DNA of 64,000 nt from contig CAZXEC010000001.1 of assembly GCA_964639595.1 (NCBI GenBank), positions 390,903-454,902 on the forward strand, given 5' to 3'. The translations under genes and the position numbers were made by a program. The first letter of the stretch is position 1. The number at the start of each line of letters is the position of its first letter. This DNA comes from an uncultured Gammaproteobacteria bacterium (GTDB lineage: Bacteria; Patescibacteriota; Microgenomatia; CAZXEC01). Under the pieces are notes generated by a model, which saw only the letters and a program-made list of their open reading frames with translations, did not search any database and was not told the origin of the DNA. Below are positions 55,921-64,000 of the stretch, piece after piece.

Positions 55921-57088
55921 ATACATTTTTATATCTGGTAATACACCCACACTTTCCCAAGCAGAACAAGAAGCCATCTTGTCGTTTGATGGCATAGACT
56001 ATAAAGCAACCCACTTTAGTAATTTTTCTCTAGTTGAGGTTGTCAACCAATTAAATGTCAAAAATTTAATATTACGACTTGGTGGTACAGTTAAAATTGG
56101 TCAAGTGCTGTATGATCGGGATGATACCAGCCTACAAGATAAGATTATGCAAATTATTGTTGAGGATCTGATAAGTCAAGGAAAAAACAGTAAACGGTTG
56201 GTGTTCGGTGTTAGTGTCTTAACACCTAGTTACCAAAATTATCAGAAAAAGATTTGCCAAGGTGTTAAAGAATTACTTGAAGAAGATAGGATCTCTTCCC
56301 GTTATATTTTGGGTAAAAGTGCCCTACTGTCCAGTGTGGTAGTAGTAAAACAGCAAGTTTGTGAGTACCTGGTGGTGCTAGAGCCCCTGGTGATTGCCAA
56401 AACAGTAGCAGTCCAGGATTTTGCAGACTGGTCAAAAAGAGATTGGGGCAGACCAGCTGTTAGGCCTAAAACCGGTATGTTGCCGCCCAAGGTTGCCAGG
56501 ATGATGGTAAATATCGGAGTGGGCCAATTCAGAGCTCTGGGCTCTGGGCCAGTACTATACGATCCTTTTTGCGGTTGCGGAACTATCTTAAATGAATCTC
56601 GCGCCTTAGGCTATCAGTTTTTTGGATCAGATATAGATGTCAATTCAGTTACTTCAGCCAAAAAAAATTTAGATTGGCTTGAAACCAGCTATAAATTAGA
56701 CAAAACCGGCAGTCAGGCTATCTTCGTTCATGATGCAACCAAGCCATTTCCTAAGCTTGCTCCCGCGCCTGTTATTACAGTAACAGAAGGAGATCTGGGG
56801 CCACCCCAGCGACAAATCATGTCGCATGGCCATACCATTGAGTTGCTTAGCCGGCTTAATGAGATGTATGCAAAATATCTGATCAATCAATCTAAAACCT
56901 TGCCACAAGTCCAAGTGGTGGTTTTGGCTCTGCCGATGATTGTTGATCGAGACGGTCATACTCACCATCTTGAGTTGGTTGACAATTGTGAAAAGTTTGG
57001 TTATACTCTGCATGAAACTTTTAAATATTCACGACCAAGAGCTTTTATTAAAAGAGAAATAGCTGTACTTATAAAAAAAGAAGTTTAA
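55913..57088 (+). CDS. Putative class I SAM-dependent methyltransferase (RlmL/Trm11-like, DPFCGCGT motif I) between rplU and rpmA
   Basis: [22 protein letters not shown] (substrate-channel motif of the RlmL/Trm11 family) and [14 protein letters not shown] (motif I). Confidence 0.45.
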   Translation: MPRYIFISGNTPTLSQAEQEAILSFDGIDYKATHFSNFSLVEVVNQLNVKNLILRLGGTVKIGQVLYDRDDTSLQDKIMQIIVEDLISQGKNSKRLVFGVSVLTPSYQNYQKKICQGVKELLEEDRISSRYILGKSALLSSVVVVKQQVCEYLVVLEPLVIAKTVAVQDFADWSKRDWGRPAVRPKTGMLPPKVARMMVNIGVGQFRALGSGPVLYDPFCGCGTILNESRALGYQFFGSDIDVNSVTSAKKNLDWLETSYKLDKTGSQAIFVHDATKPFPKLAPAPVITVTEGDLGPPQRQIMSHGHTIELLSRLNEMYAKYLINQSKTLPQVQVVVLALPMIVDRDGHTHHLELVDNCEKFGYTLHETFKYSRPRAFIKREIAVLIKKEV

Positions 57089-57090
57089 TT

Positions 57091-57336
57091 ATGGCTCATA
57101 TTAAAGCAGGAGGAGTTGCCAGAGGGAATAAAGATTCCCAGTCTAAACGTTTAGGCGTTAAAAGGTACGATGGCCAAAAAGTGATTTCCGGCAATATTAT
57201 TGTCAGACAGCGTGGCACTAAAATTCACCCGGGACAGGGCGTGGGAATAGGCAAAGACTACACGATTTTTTCCTTAAAACAAGGTGTAGTGAAATTTGGT
57301 TTGAGAAAAGGTAATAAAATAGTCAGCGTTATCTAA
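57091..57336 (+). CDS. rpmA: 50S ribosomal protein L27
   Basis: [31 protein letters not shown]. Confidence 0.9.
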   Translation: MAHIKAGGVARGNKDSQSKRLGVKRYDGQKVISGNIIVRQRGTKIHPGQGVGIGKDYTIFSLKQGVVKFGLRKGNKIVSVI

Positions 57337-57338
57337 TT

Positions 57339-58244
57339 ATGGACGACAATACCACTCAACTGGACACTGATCTGCTCCAACCAAATCCTCTCCAGCCTCG
57401 CGGCCTAATTAGCCCGGACTCTTTAGCGGAACTGGCAGCTTCCATCCGTGAACACGGTATACTGGAGCCTTTGGTGGTGGCCAAGACTCCTGCTGGCTTC
57501 CAAATCATTGCAGGCGAGAGGAGGTGGAGAGCGGCAAAACTAGCTGGCCTCAAACAAGTGCCGGTGGTTGTCAGAGAAACATCTCCCCAGGGAATGTTGG
57601 AGATGGCTATTGTGGAAAATGTCCAAAGGATTGATCTAAACCCTCTGGAAAGGGCCCAAGCGTATAAAAGACTAATGGATGAATTTGGATTAACCAATAG
57701 TGAAATTGCCCGTCGAGTTAGCAAAAGCGCTCCATTTATATCCAATAGCATTAGGCTGTTAACCTTGCCTGATGCTCTAAAAGATGGCCTATTGTCAGGG
57801 ATGACAACAGAAGGCCATATTAGAGCTTTGGCAGCCATTGAGGACCCGGCGTTGATGATTGAGGCGTATAAAGTCTGCTTAAGGGAAAATCTATCTGTTA
57901 GAGGGGCAGAGGAGCTAGCAAGAAAAGTTAAAGCATCCGGAGTGGTCACTACTGATAAGGTGGATGCAGCCAAACCGCGTAAAACCGTGGCTGAAATAAA
58001 CCAAGAAGGGTTGACGGTGTTGGAAAAGGAAATAGAGAATATCTTGTTGAAAAAGGTCAAAAAAGTCAGTGTCAAAATTACCCAATCCAGAATTCAAGCG
58101 AGGGTACTCATTTTAATAAATGGCAAGCGTGACATCACCATGCCATTAGTGCAAGAACTCTATGAGGCCATGGCCAAAATGGGAGATGAGGTAAAATCTA
58201 GATCGGCTACAGCTGATAGTGTTGGATTGACTGCCAGCGAGTAA
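57339..58244 (+). CDS. parB: ParB/Spo0J-family partition protein
   Basis: ParB box GERRWRAAKLAGL, HTH, and the N-terminal LQPNPLQPRG. Confidence 0.75.
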   Translation: MDDNTTQLDTDLLQPNPLQPRGLISPDSLAELAASIREHGILEPLVVAKTPAGFQIIAGERRWRAAKLAGLKQVPVVVRETSPQGMLEMAIVENVQRIDLNPLERAQAYKRLMDEFGLTNSEIARRVSKSAPFISNSIRLLTLPDALKDGLLSGMTTEGHIRALAAIEDPALMIEAYKVCLRENLSVRGAEELARKVKASGVVTTDKVDAAKPRKTVAEINQEGLTVLEKEIENILLKKVKKVSVKITQSRIQARVLILINGKRDITMPLVQELYEAMAKMGDEVKSRSATADSVGLTASE

Positions 58245-58764
58245 TTGGCCAATAGATCACAAAAGCCTTGCCGACAATACTTTTTTTGGAAACTGCACCC
58301 CAGCTTCTGGAATCACTGCTGACACTTCTGTTGTCTCCCATAACAAAATACTCATCTTGGCCTAACGATACTGTTGAATTGTCTTTCAAAAAGGTACTGC
58401 CGTTACTAGTTTTATCGGACAAATACGGCTCATGAAATAGCTGGTTGTTAATGTAAACCGCTCCACCCTGTAAAGTTATAGTTTCATAAGGGAGACCGAT
58501 TACTCTTTTAATAAAGTCTCTCTTTTCAGGATCATGCGGGGCATGAAAGACAACTATGTCTCCCCGATTGATAGGGTTAAATGCATAAGATATCTTGTCC
58601 GTTAATATGACATCATCATGTAGTAGCGTAGGTTGCATAGACGGCCCATCTACTTTGTGAGGCCTGGCGATAAAAGCAATTATTATCACCAAAATGACTA
58701 AGGAAATAGCAATAGTCTCTACCACGTCGAGAAAAAAATCAGTAAAATTATGCCAAGCAGACAT
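58207..58764 (-). CDS. lepB: Signal peptidase I
   Basis: DGPSMQPTL (Ser nucleophile box) and VMGDNRSVSSDSRSWG. Start was trimmed to the internal Met (MSAWHNF...) so it does not overlap the tRNA. Confidence 0.7.
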   Translation of the reverse strand: MSAWHNFTDFFLDVVETIAISLVILVIIIAFIARPHKVDGPSMQPTLLHDDVILTDKISYAFNPINRGDIVVFHAPHDPEKRDFIKRVIGLPYETITLQGGAVYINNQLFHEPYLSDKTSNGSTFLKDNSTVSLGQDEYFVMGDNRSVSSDSRSWGAVSKKSIVGKAFVIYWPITRWQSIQHYQL

Positions 58765-58860
58765 GTCCCCAGTATAAATGAAGCTCAATTGCCAGACAAG
58801 TCTGAATATTGGTAAAATAGGCCCATTGCTGCTGGTTATAAAAAACCATTGGCAATATCT

Positions 58861-58935
58861 GGACAAGTAGCTCAGTTGGTCAAGAGCGTCGCATTCACAT
58901 TGCGAAGGTCACAGGTTCGAATCCTGTCTTGTCCA
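58861..58935 (+). tRNA. tRNA-Val (anticodon CAC)
   Basis: Cloverleaf read by hand. Acceptor GGACAAG/CTTGTCC plus discriminator A, D-arm GCTC/GAGC, anticodon stem TCGCA/TGCGA with loop TTCACAT, T-arm ACAGG-TTCGAAT-CCTGT. No encoded CCA. Confidence 0.8.
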
Positions 58936-58962
58936 CATTTTTAATAAGCCTGCCTTCAAGAG

Positions 58963-59868
58963 ATGTCTCATCAGATGTCAAAATTAGCTAAAATATTTAT
59001 TATCATACTTAGTTGGAATGGCAAGGATGATACGCTCACCTGCCTCGCATCATTATCAAAAATAAATCAGGATGGTATTAAAGCACATATAGTAGTGGTA
59101 GACAACGGCTCAAGTGACGGCTCGGCGAGAGTCATCAAAAAACAATTTCCCCAAGTTATTCTTTGCCAAAATAAAACTAATTTAGGTTTTGGCGCCGGAG
59201 CCAATCAAGGAGCAAAATTTGCTCTGGATAATGGGGCAGATTTTTTGCTGTTTTTGAATAATGACACCACAGTTGAGAAGGATTTTTTAATAAAACTGTG
59301 GGAATTTTGTGTAGCTTGCCAAAAAGAGGTGGTTTCACCCTACATTTATTACCACAATAGTCGTCAGCTGTGGTACTGTGGCGGTAGGGTGGTTTGGCCG
59401 ATTGCTAGAATTGAGCCAATAAAATGTTCCATGAGAGATAATTTTTACCCAGCCGAATTATTATCAGCCTGCTGTCTGCTGGTATCAAAAAAAGCTTGGC
59501 AGATGGTGGGTGAATTTGATGAAAGGTATTTTTTTGGTCTGGAAGATGCTGATTGGTGTTTGAGGGCCAAGCAAAAAGGAATTTCTTTGTGGGTCAATCC
59601 GAGATCTAAGATATGGCATAAAGTATCAGCATCAGTTGGCGGCAAAAATAGCCCCTTGGCGATTTATTATTTGCTAAGGAACAATCTTATTTTTATCAAA
59701 GATTATTATCCCGCCTATTTTGCCCTTCCATATTTATATGTGTTGCTCTTAGGAGCCAAAATCGCCACCAAAATGCCCCAAGTAGCAATTATTAAAGCTA
59801 TTTGGTGGGCTTGGACAGATTTTTTTGGTGGGAAATCATCTAGTTTTAGGCATGACTTTAATGAATAA
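58963..59868 (+). CDS. Glycosyltransferase family 2
   Basis: IFIIILSWNGKDDTLTCLASL...VVVDNGSSDGS...LFLNNDT. Confidence 0.7.
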   Translation: MSHQMSKLAKIFIIILSWNGKDDTLTCLASLSKINQDGIKAHIVVVDNGSSDGSARVIKKQFPQVILCQNKTNLGFGAGANQGAKFALDNGADFLLFLNNDTTVEKDFLIKLWEFCVACQKEVVSPYIYYHNSRQLWYCGGRVVWPIARIEPIKCSMRDNFYPAELLSACCLLVSKKAWQMVGEFDERYFFGLEDADWCLRAKQKGISLWVNPRSKIWHKVSASVGGKNSPLAIYYLLRNNLIFIKDYYPAYFALPYLYVLLLGAKIATKMPQVAIIKAIWWAWTDFFGGKSSSFRHDFNE

Positions 59869-61000
59869 AAAAACCATACTTTTTATTGACCATGCGCCAT
59901 TTGTGGGCGGTGCCCAAAAAATATTGCTGGCCCATATTAAACAGCTAGTGGCAGATGGTTATTTGCCAATTGTTGTACTTGGACCAAACCCTTATTTGGA
60001 AAAAAAGTATACTGAACTGGGAGTTTGCTTAACTGTGGTTCAATTTAATAAATTAAAGAAATTCTCACCCACTGCAGTTTTTTATTTAGTCGACGGACTT
60101 CGGAAAATCGCCAAAATAGCACGAGCAGATAGGGTCGACTTGATATGTACCAATACTGTCAGGACTCATATTATGGGGTCTATTGCGGCCAAATTAGCCG
60201 GCAAGAAGATAATCTGGTTGTTGAGGGATTACACTTTTCCTGTCAATCTAGTCAGGATACTTAGTAACATTGTAGACTATTCCATATGCGTTTCCGCTTC
60301 AATTGCTACTTACTATTTTGGTTCAAACTGGCAAGCCAGACCAGTTGAAGTTGTTCATGTAGCCAGCGATATTAAAAACGAGCTAGCTAAGGTTACCCAA
60401 GAGGCTATTGAAAAAGAAAAGCAAGCATTAGGTATTGGCAGTGATGATTTTGTGATTGGTTATGTTGGCAGGCTGATTAAATGGAAAGGAGCGCAAGTAT
60501 TGGTTAAAGCTGCCAGAATTTTAATTGAACAACACAAAAAGATTAAAGTGATAATTGCCGGTAGTGATGATGGCCAGGGTGAGCAGTGGCAAGCTTACTT
60601 AGAAAGACTCATAAATGAAAATAACTTAAGCCAGTACGTTAAATTAGTGGGCTGGCAGGAAAATGTAGCGTTGATTTATAAATGTCTTGATTGTTTTGTT
60701 TTGACCTCTATTGAGAGAGAACCTTATGCCACTTCCGCAATTGAAGCCATGATGGCCAAGGTGCCTGTAGTAGGCACAAATATTGGTGGAACTAGTGAGG
60801 CGATCCATAATTATCAGACCGGATTGCTTATTAACCCAAACGATGCCCGCCAATTAGCAAAGGCCATTGACTTTATTGCCAAAAATAAAAATAAAGCTGC
60901 CCAAATGGCCCAAAAAGCCTATGATCAGGTGATAAAATACAATCAGGAGAGCTATGCCACCGAACGTTTACTGGGTATTTATAAAAGAGTTTTAGCATGA
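59861..61000 (+). CDS. Glycosyltransferase family 1
   Basis: REPYATSAIEAMMAKVPVVGTNIGGTSE (GT1 E-x7-E region). The internal ATG at 59861 was chosen. Confidence 0.7.
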   Translation: MNKKTILFIDHAPFVGGAQKILLAHIKQLVADGYLPIVVLGPNPYLEKKYTELGVCLTVVQFNKLKKFSPTAVFYLVDGLRKIAKIARADRVDLICTNTVRTHIMGSIAAKLAGKKIIWLLRDYTFPVNLVRILSNIVDYSICVSASIATYYFGSNWQARPVEVVHVASDIKNELAKVTQEAIEKEKQALGIGSDDFVIGYVGRLIKWKGAQVLVKAARILIEQHKKIKVIIAGSDDGQGEQWQAYLERLINENNLSQYVKLVGWQENVALIYKCLDCFVLTSIEREPYATSAIEAMMAKVPVVGTNIGGTSEAIHNYQTGLLINPNDARQLAKAIDFIAKNKNKAAQMAQKAYDQVIKYNQESYATERLLGIYKRVLA

Positions 61001-62238
61001 ATTTTATCAAGGTGCCATCTGCAAAATCAATCATCCAAAAGCTGATACTATTAAATTTATTAGCTTTAGCAGCAGGACAAATCTTAAAACTCCCAACAGG
61101 TTCCAATTCCATTAGCATCTATTTTCATGATATTTCACTAGTAGTCCTGTGGTTTTTTTATCTGGTAACTGCCAGGAAAAATCCCTTCAGCACCTCAACT
61201 CCTTTAACAAAGCCCATCATCATATTTATAGCAACCATGCTTCTTTCATTGGTTGCCAGCCTATTTATTTATCAGCCATCTGAAGTTGTAGTGGGATTTT
61301 TCTACTTGGTCAGGTTTATCTTATATACTGGATTATTTTTCATAACTTATTCATACCTTGATAATAGATTTTCCAGCATACTACAAGATTTTGTGGTCAT
61401 TGCTGCTTTAGTGGTAGCTGTACTTGGGCTCTTACAATTAATTTTTATTCCAGATTTTACTTTTATGGCTCAATTTGGCTGGGATCCGCATTATGGCAGA
61501 ATGGTTTCAACTTTTTTTGACCCGAATTTTAGCGGTGGACTCTTGAGCTTAATTTTTATTCCCACCATGGCGATGTTTTTGACTGCAAAAAGCAACAGAC
61601 TGGCCATCCTTTTATCTTTAGTAATAATTTATACAGCCCTATCCCAGACCTATTCCCGTTCATCATATCTAGCCTTTTCTTTTTCAATGGTAATCTTTTC
61701 TTATATCTTAAAATCATGGAAAGTGGCCCTAGCAAGCCTTATAATGATTGTTTCTTTGCTTGCTTTGACCTTTCCCAGACAGCAATTGGAAACAAACAGA
61801 GGGATTGATCGGCAAGTTAGCGCCAGAGCCAGATTATCTTCCTGGCAGCAGGGTTTGACAATAGTCAGAGATTATCCGATTCTAGGGATAGGATTTAATA
61901 ATTATCGGCTGGCGCAAAAACACTACGGCTTTTTATCAGCAGCAGAAATTGACAGGCATTCCGGATCAGGCAATGATTCAGGATTAATGTTTGTTTTAGC
62001 AACAGGCGGCATAGTTGGTTTTTTAGCATACGCTTACCTGTTGTTTAGTATTTTTAAATTATGCTTTATGGGACTGCCAAATAACATATTAAAATTGGCT
62101 GTTGGTTGCGGCTTGGTAGGTTTACTTGTCCATGGCCAGTTTGTTAATTCTATGTTCTTCGTCCCGATTGTGGGAGTAATTTGGTTGCTTTTGGCTCAAG
62201 TCGCGTATTATAAAGAAAGCAATGGTAGACTCAAGTAG
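60997..62238 (+). CDS. O-antigen ligase/polymerase (Wzy_C)-like polytopic membrane protein
   Basis: Multiple TM helices. The Wzy_C-type motif TYSRSSYLAFS sits before a large periplasmic loop. Confidence 0.5.
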   Translation: MNFIKVPSAKSIIQKLILLNLLALAAGQILKLPTGSNSISIYFHDISLVVLWFFYLVTARKNPFSTSTPLTKPIIIFIATMLLSLVASLFIYQPSEVVVGFFYLVRFILYTGLFFITYSYLDNRFSSILQDFVVIAALVVAVLGLLQLIFIPDFTFMAQFGWDPHYGRMVSTFFDPNFSGGLLSLIFIPTMAMFLTAKSNRLAILLSLVIIYTALSQTYSRSSYLAFSFSMVIFSYILKSWKVALASLIMIVSLLALTFPRQQLETNRGIDRQVSARARLSSWQQGLTIVRDYPILGIGFNNYRLAQKHYGFLSAAEIDRHSGSGNDSGLMFVLATGGIVGFLAYAYLLFSIFKLCFMGLPNNILKLAVGCGLVGLLVHGQFVNSMFFVPIVGVIWLLLAQVAYYKESNGRLK

Positions 62239-63322
62239 AACCGGCAAGCGGTTAATAACTCTTTTTGTTACTTGGAAAACGACTTTATTTTTAGTGTCTG
62301 CCTGCGCTATTTTACTATCACAAAACTCCAAAGCGTTCAATCATTTTTTTGACTATTGGCTGATGTGGGATGGCCTGCATTATTGGCAAATTACCAAAGA
62401 TGGCTACACCTCATTACAAGAGACCGCCTTTTTCCCATTACTACCCTTGCTTACCAAAGCTTTATATACCATTTTCCCATTTGGCAATATCCTATTTTGG
62501 GGCTTGGTGCTAGTCAGCTTATCAACTGTTGGCCTGGTTGTTGTTTTTTACAGGTTGATACGTCTCGATTATGAGGAAGATATAGCTTTCAGAAGCTTGG
62601 TGTTATTATTAACTTTCCCTTCAGCTCTTTTTTTGAGCGCCTTTTACACAGAAAGTTTATTTTTATTCTTGACAGTTTCCAGTTTTTATCTAGCTCGGCA
62701 AAAACACTGGTTTTGGGCCAGTTTTGTTTGTGCTCTGGTTACTGCCACCCGGCCCATTGGCATAGTTTTGGCAGTGGCGTTAATTGTGGAATATCTGATG
62801 TCTGTTAAATTTAGACTAAAAAGAAAAAATTATTCCTGGCTGTGGTTGCTGGTTGCTCCTCTGGGTTTGGTGGCATATAGTAGTTATCTAACTTTCGCCT
62901 TTAAGAACCCCCTGGCTTTTTTTATAGTTCAATCAGATTGGCAAAGAGGTTTGTCAGACTATCCCTGGCAAATAATTTATCAAGATATTATCCAAATTTT
63001 TCAAATGAACCCGCCCGCCCCATTCCTGTTATCAAAACTGGCGGATTTTATCTCCAGTATCTTGTTTTTAGCTTTGCTGGTGCCGGTATTTAGGAAATTA
63101 AGGCTGTCTTATTTTATTTATGCTTACGGTGTGCTGATGGTACCCTTGCTGACTGGAGTTACCACCAGCATGTTTAGGTTTGTGTTGGCTGCCTTTCCGA
63201 TGTTTATCATTGGCGGAATTTTGGCAAAAGACGAACTCTTTTATACCGGGATGTTACTGGTAAACATCTCGCTTTTGGTTATTTTTACCGTGCTTTTTAT
63301 CAGTGGCTATTGGGTAGCTTGA
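62222..63322 (+). CDS. Polytopic membrane protein, PIG-V/DUF2029-like GT-C glycosyltransferase
   Basis: WDGLHYWQITKDGYTSLQETAFFPLLPLL resembles the PIG-V/GT-C first-loop motif. Confidence 0.35.
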   Translation: MVDSSRTGKRLITLFVTWKTTLFLVSACAILLSQNSKAFNHFFDYWLMWDGLHYWQITKDGYTSLQETAFFPLLPLLTKALYTIFPFGNILFWGLVLVSLSTVGLVVVFYRLIRLDYEEDIAFRSLVLLLTFPSALFLSAFYTESLFLFLTVSSFYLARQKHWFWASFVCALVTATRPIGIVLAVALIVEYLMSVKFRLKRKNYSWLWLLVAPLGLVAYSSYLTFAFKNPLAFFIVQSDWQRGLSDYPWQIIYQDIIQIFQMNPPAPFLLSKLADFISSILFLALLVPVFRKLRLSYFIYAYGVLMVPLLTGVTTSMFRFVLAAFPMFIIGGILAKDELFYTGMLLVNISLLVIFTVLFISGYWVA

Positions 63323-63325
63323 GTT

Positions 63326-63955
63326 TTAAGGATTATAAACAACAGTTCTTTCATGGACTGTCTTATTGCCGGCATCATCAGCAGCAGTGATGCTAATTTT
63401 ATTTTCTCCTTGTGCCAGCTTCAAATTATAGCTGAATGTACCATCAGAGAGTAATGTCGCCCAAAAGCCGCCAACGGTGACTTGGGTGGCTCCTTCGGCT
63501 TTTCCAAACACCTGAATTTCTGATGTTGATCCGGAGAACGTTGACCCCTCGGCTGGTGTATTAACGATGATCTTGGGAGCTTTATTTTTAAGCATGATGG
63601 TGGCAGTGGGAGATGGCTGGCTAGTTTCTCCCTTGTCGTTTGTGGCAATAGCGTTAATTCTGTTTTCTCCCTCCTGTAATGTCAAGTTGGGGAATTCAAA
63701 ATTGTTATCCTTGGCGACCAGCTTTTTACCCACTGTTTGACCGTTTAAGAATAATTCTACGTTAGAGCCGGGGGTGGCAAATCCATAAATTGTAATTTGG
63801 GCGCTATTGGTAGCATTGGGCAGGCTATCTAGTCTTGGCGGGAATAAGGGTAGGTTATTGGTGATCGGCGTCTGCCTGCCGCCTCTTAAAATATCCCAGG
63901 CATCGGCGATCCCCACCAGTAATCTAATCCCCCAGTTCAATATCACAAACAGCAA
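63326..63955 (-). CDS. Hypothetical secreted/anchored protein with tandem Ig-like beta-sandwich segments
   Basis: An N-terminal hydrophobic anchor followed by repeated segments such as GENRINAIATNDKGETS and GENKISITAADDAGNKT. Confidence 0.35.
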   Translation of the reverse strand: MLFVILNWGIRLLVGIADAWDILRGGRQTPITNNLPLFPPRLDSLPNATNSAQITIYGFATPGSNVELFLNGQTVGKKLVAKDNNFEFPNLTLQEGENRINAIATNDKGETSQPSPTATIMLKNKAPKIIVNTPAEGSTFSGSTSEIQVFGKAEGATQVTVGGFWATLLSDGTFSYNLKLAQGENKISITAADDAGNKTVHERTVVYNP

Positions 63956-64000
63956 CAGAAGTGATAAAATGGTGCTGATAAGAATACGCTTATAGATGCG

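Noticed and set aside
57356-58075. 239-aa minus-strand ORF
   Set aside because: Antisense shadow ORF inside parB, with no start context or motifs.
58765-58866. N-terminal extension of lepB that would overlap tRNA-Val
   Set aside because: The internal Met is followed directly by the expected signal-anchor helix. An overlap with the tRNA gene is implausible.
1-64000. CRISPR arrays, rRNA genes, group I/II introns, inteins
   Set aside because: No regularly spaced direct repeats with unique spacers were seen. No rRNA-like conserved blocks and no intron or intein signature motifs were found. Only one tRNA was seen by eye, at 58861-58935.

Overview
The window reads as one contiguous piece of a small, low-GC (~40-45%), streamlined bacterial genome. 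Almost all genes are on the + strand. Several features point to a Candidate Phyla Radiation (Patescibacteria)-type organism: an archaeal-type IleS, a dimeric GlyRS, a split GlmU, and N-terminally short MurE and MurF. Three blocks stand out.

(1) Positions 1-12.8 kb and 59-63.3 kb hold a surface-glycan locus. It contains eight GT1/GT2 glycosyltransferases, two GT-C membrane transferases, two Wzy/O-antigen-ligase-like proteins, ManC, an initiating sugar-phosphate transferase, a hexapeptide acyltransferase and a DUF4012-like protein.

(2) Positions 18.4-55.5 kb hold an unusually expanded division/cell-wall (dcw) super-cluster. The order is mraZ-rsmH-ftsL-ftsI-murE-glmU(N)-glmU(C)-[sucC-like/sucD-like/citryl-CoA-lyase-like]-murC-murB-murA-glmS-exo-murF-hydrolase-degT-femAB-dgkA-mraY-murD-[unknown 495 aa + low-GC islet]-ftsW-murG-ftsQ-ftsA-ftsZ-[RAYT element]-ileS-rodA.

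(3) Positions 55.5-59 kb hold rplU, a large SAM-methyltransferase-like ORF, rpmA, parB, lepB and tRNA-Val.

Beyond the gene list, the most notable observations are:
- A citryl-CoA synthetase/lyase-like (or split ATP-citrate-lyase-like) three-gene module sits inside the peptidoglycan cluster, next to the acetyl-CoA-consuming GlmU acetyltransferase.
- Two families of short dispersed repeats sit at gene junctions and also in frame inside glycosyltransferase, murE and murB coding sequences.
- A Y1-HUH (RAYT/IS200-like) transposase is bracketed by identical 23-25 nt palindromes.
- A recurrent TTGAC(A/T)-N16-18-TA(T/A)A(A/C)T-N6-13-ATG architecture implies leaderless or near-leaderless transcripts for many operon-leading genes.
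- A helically phased AAGTGGT direct-repeat array lies upstream of mraZ.
- A low-GC islet carries overlapping small ORFs, plus a promoter/terminator pair that suggests a ~65-nt sRNA.

All functional calls are from motif recognition by eye. No database searches were run.
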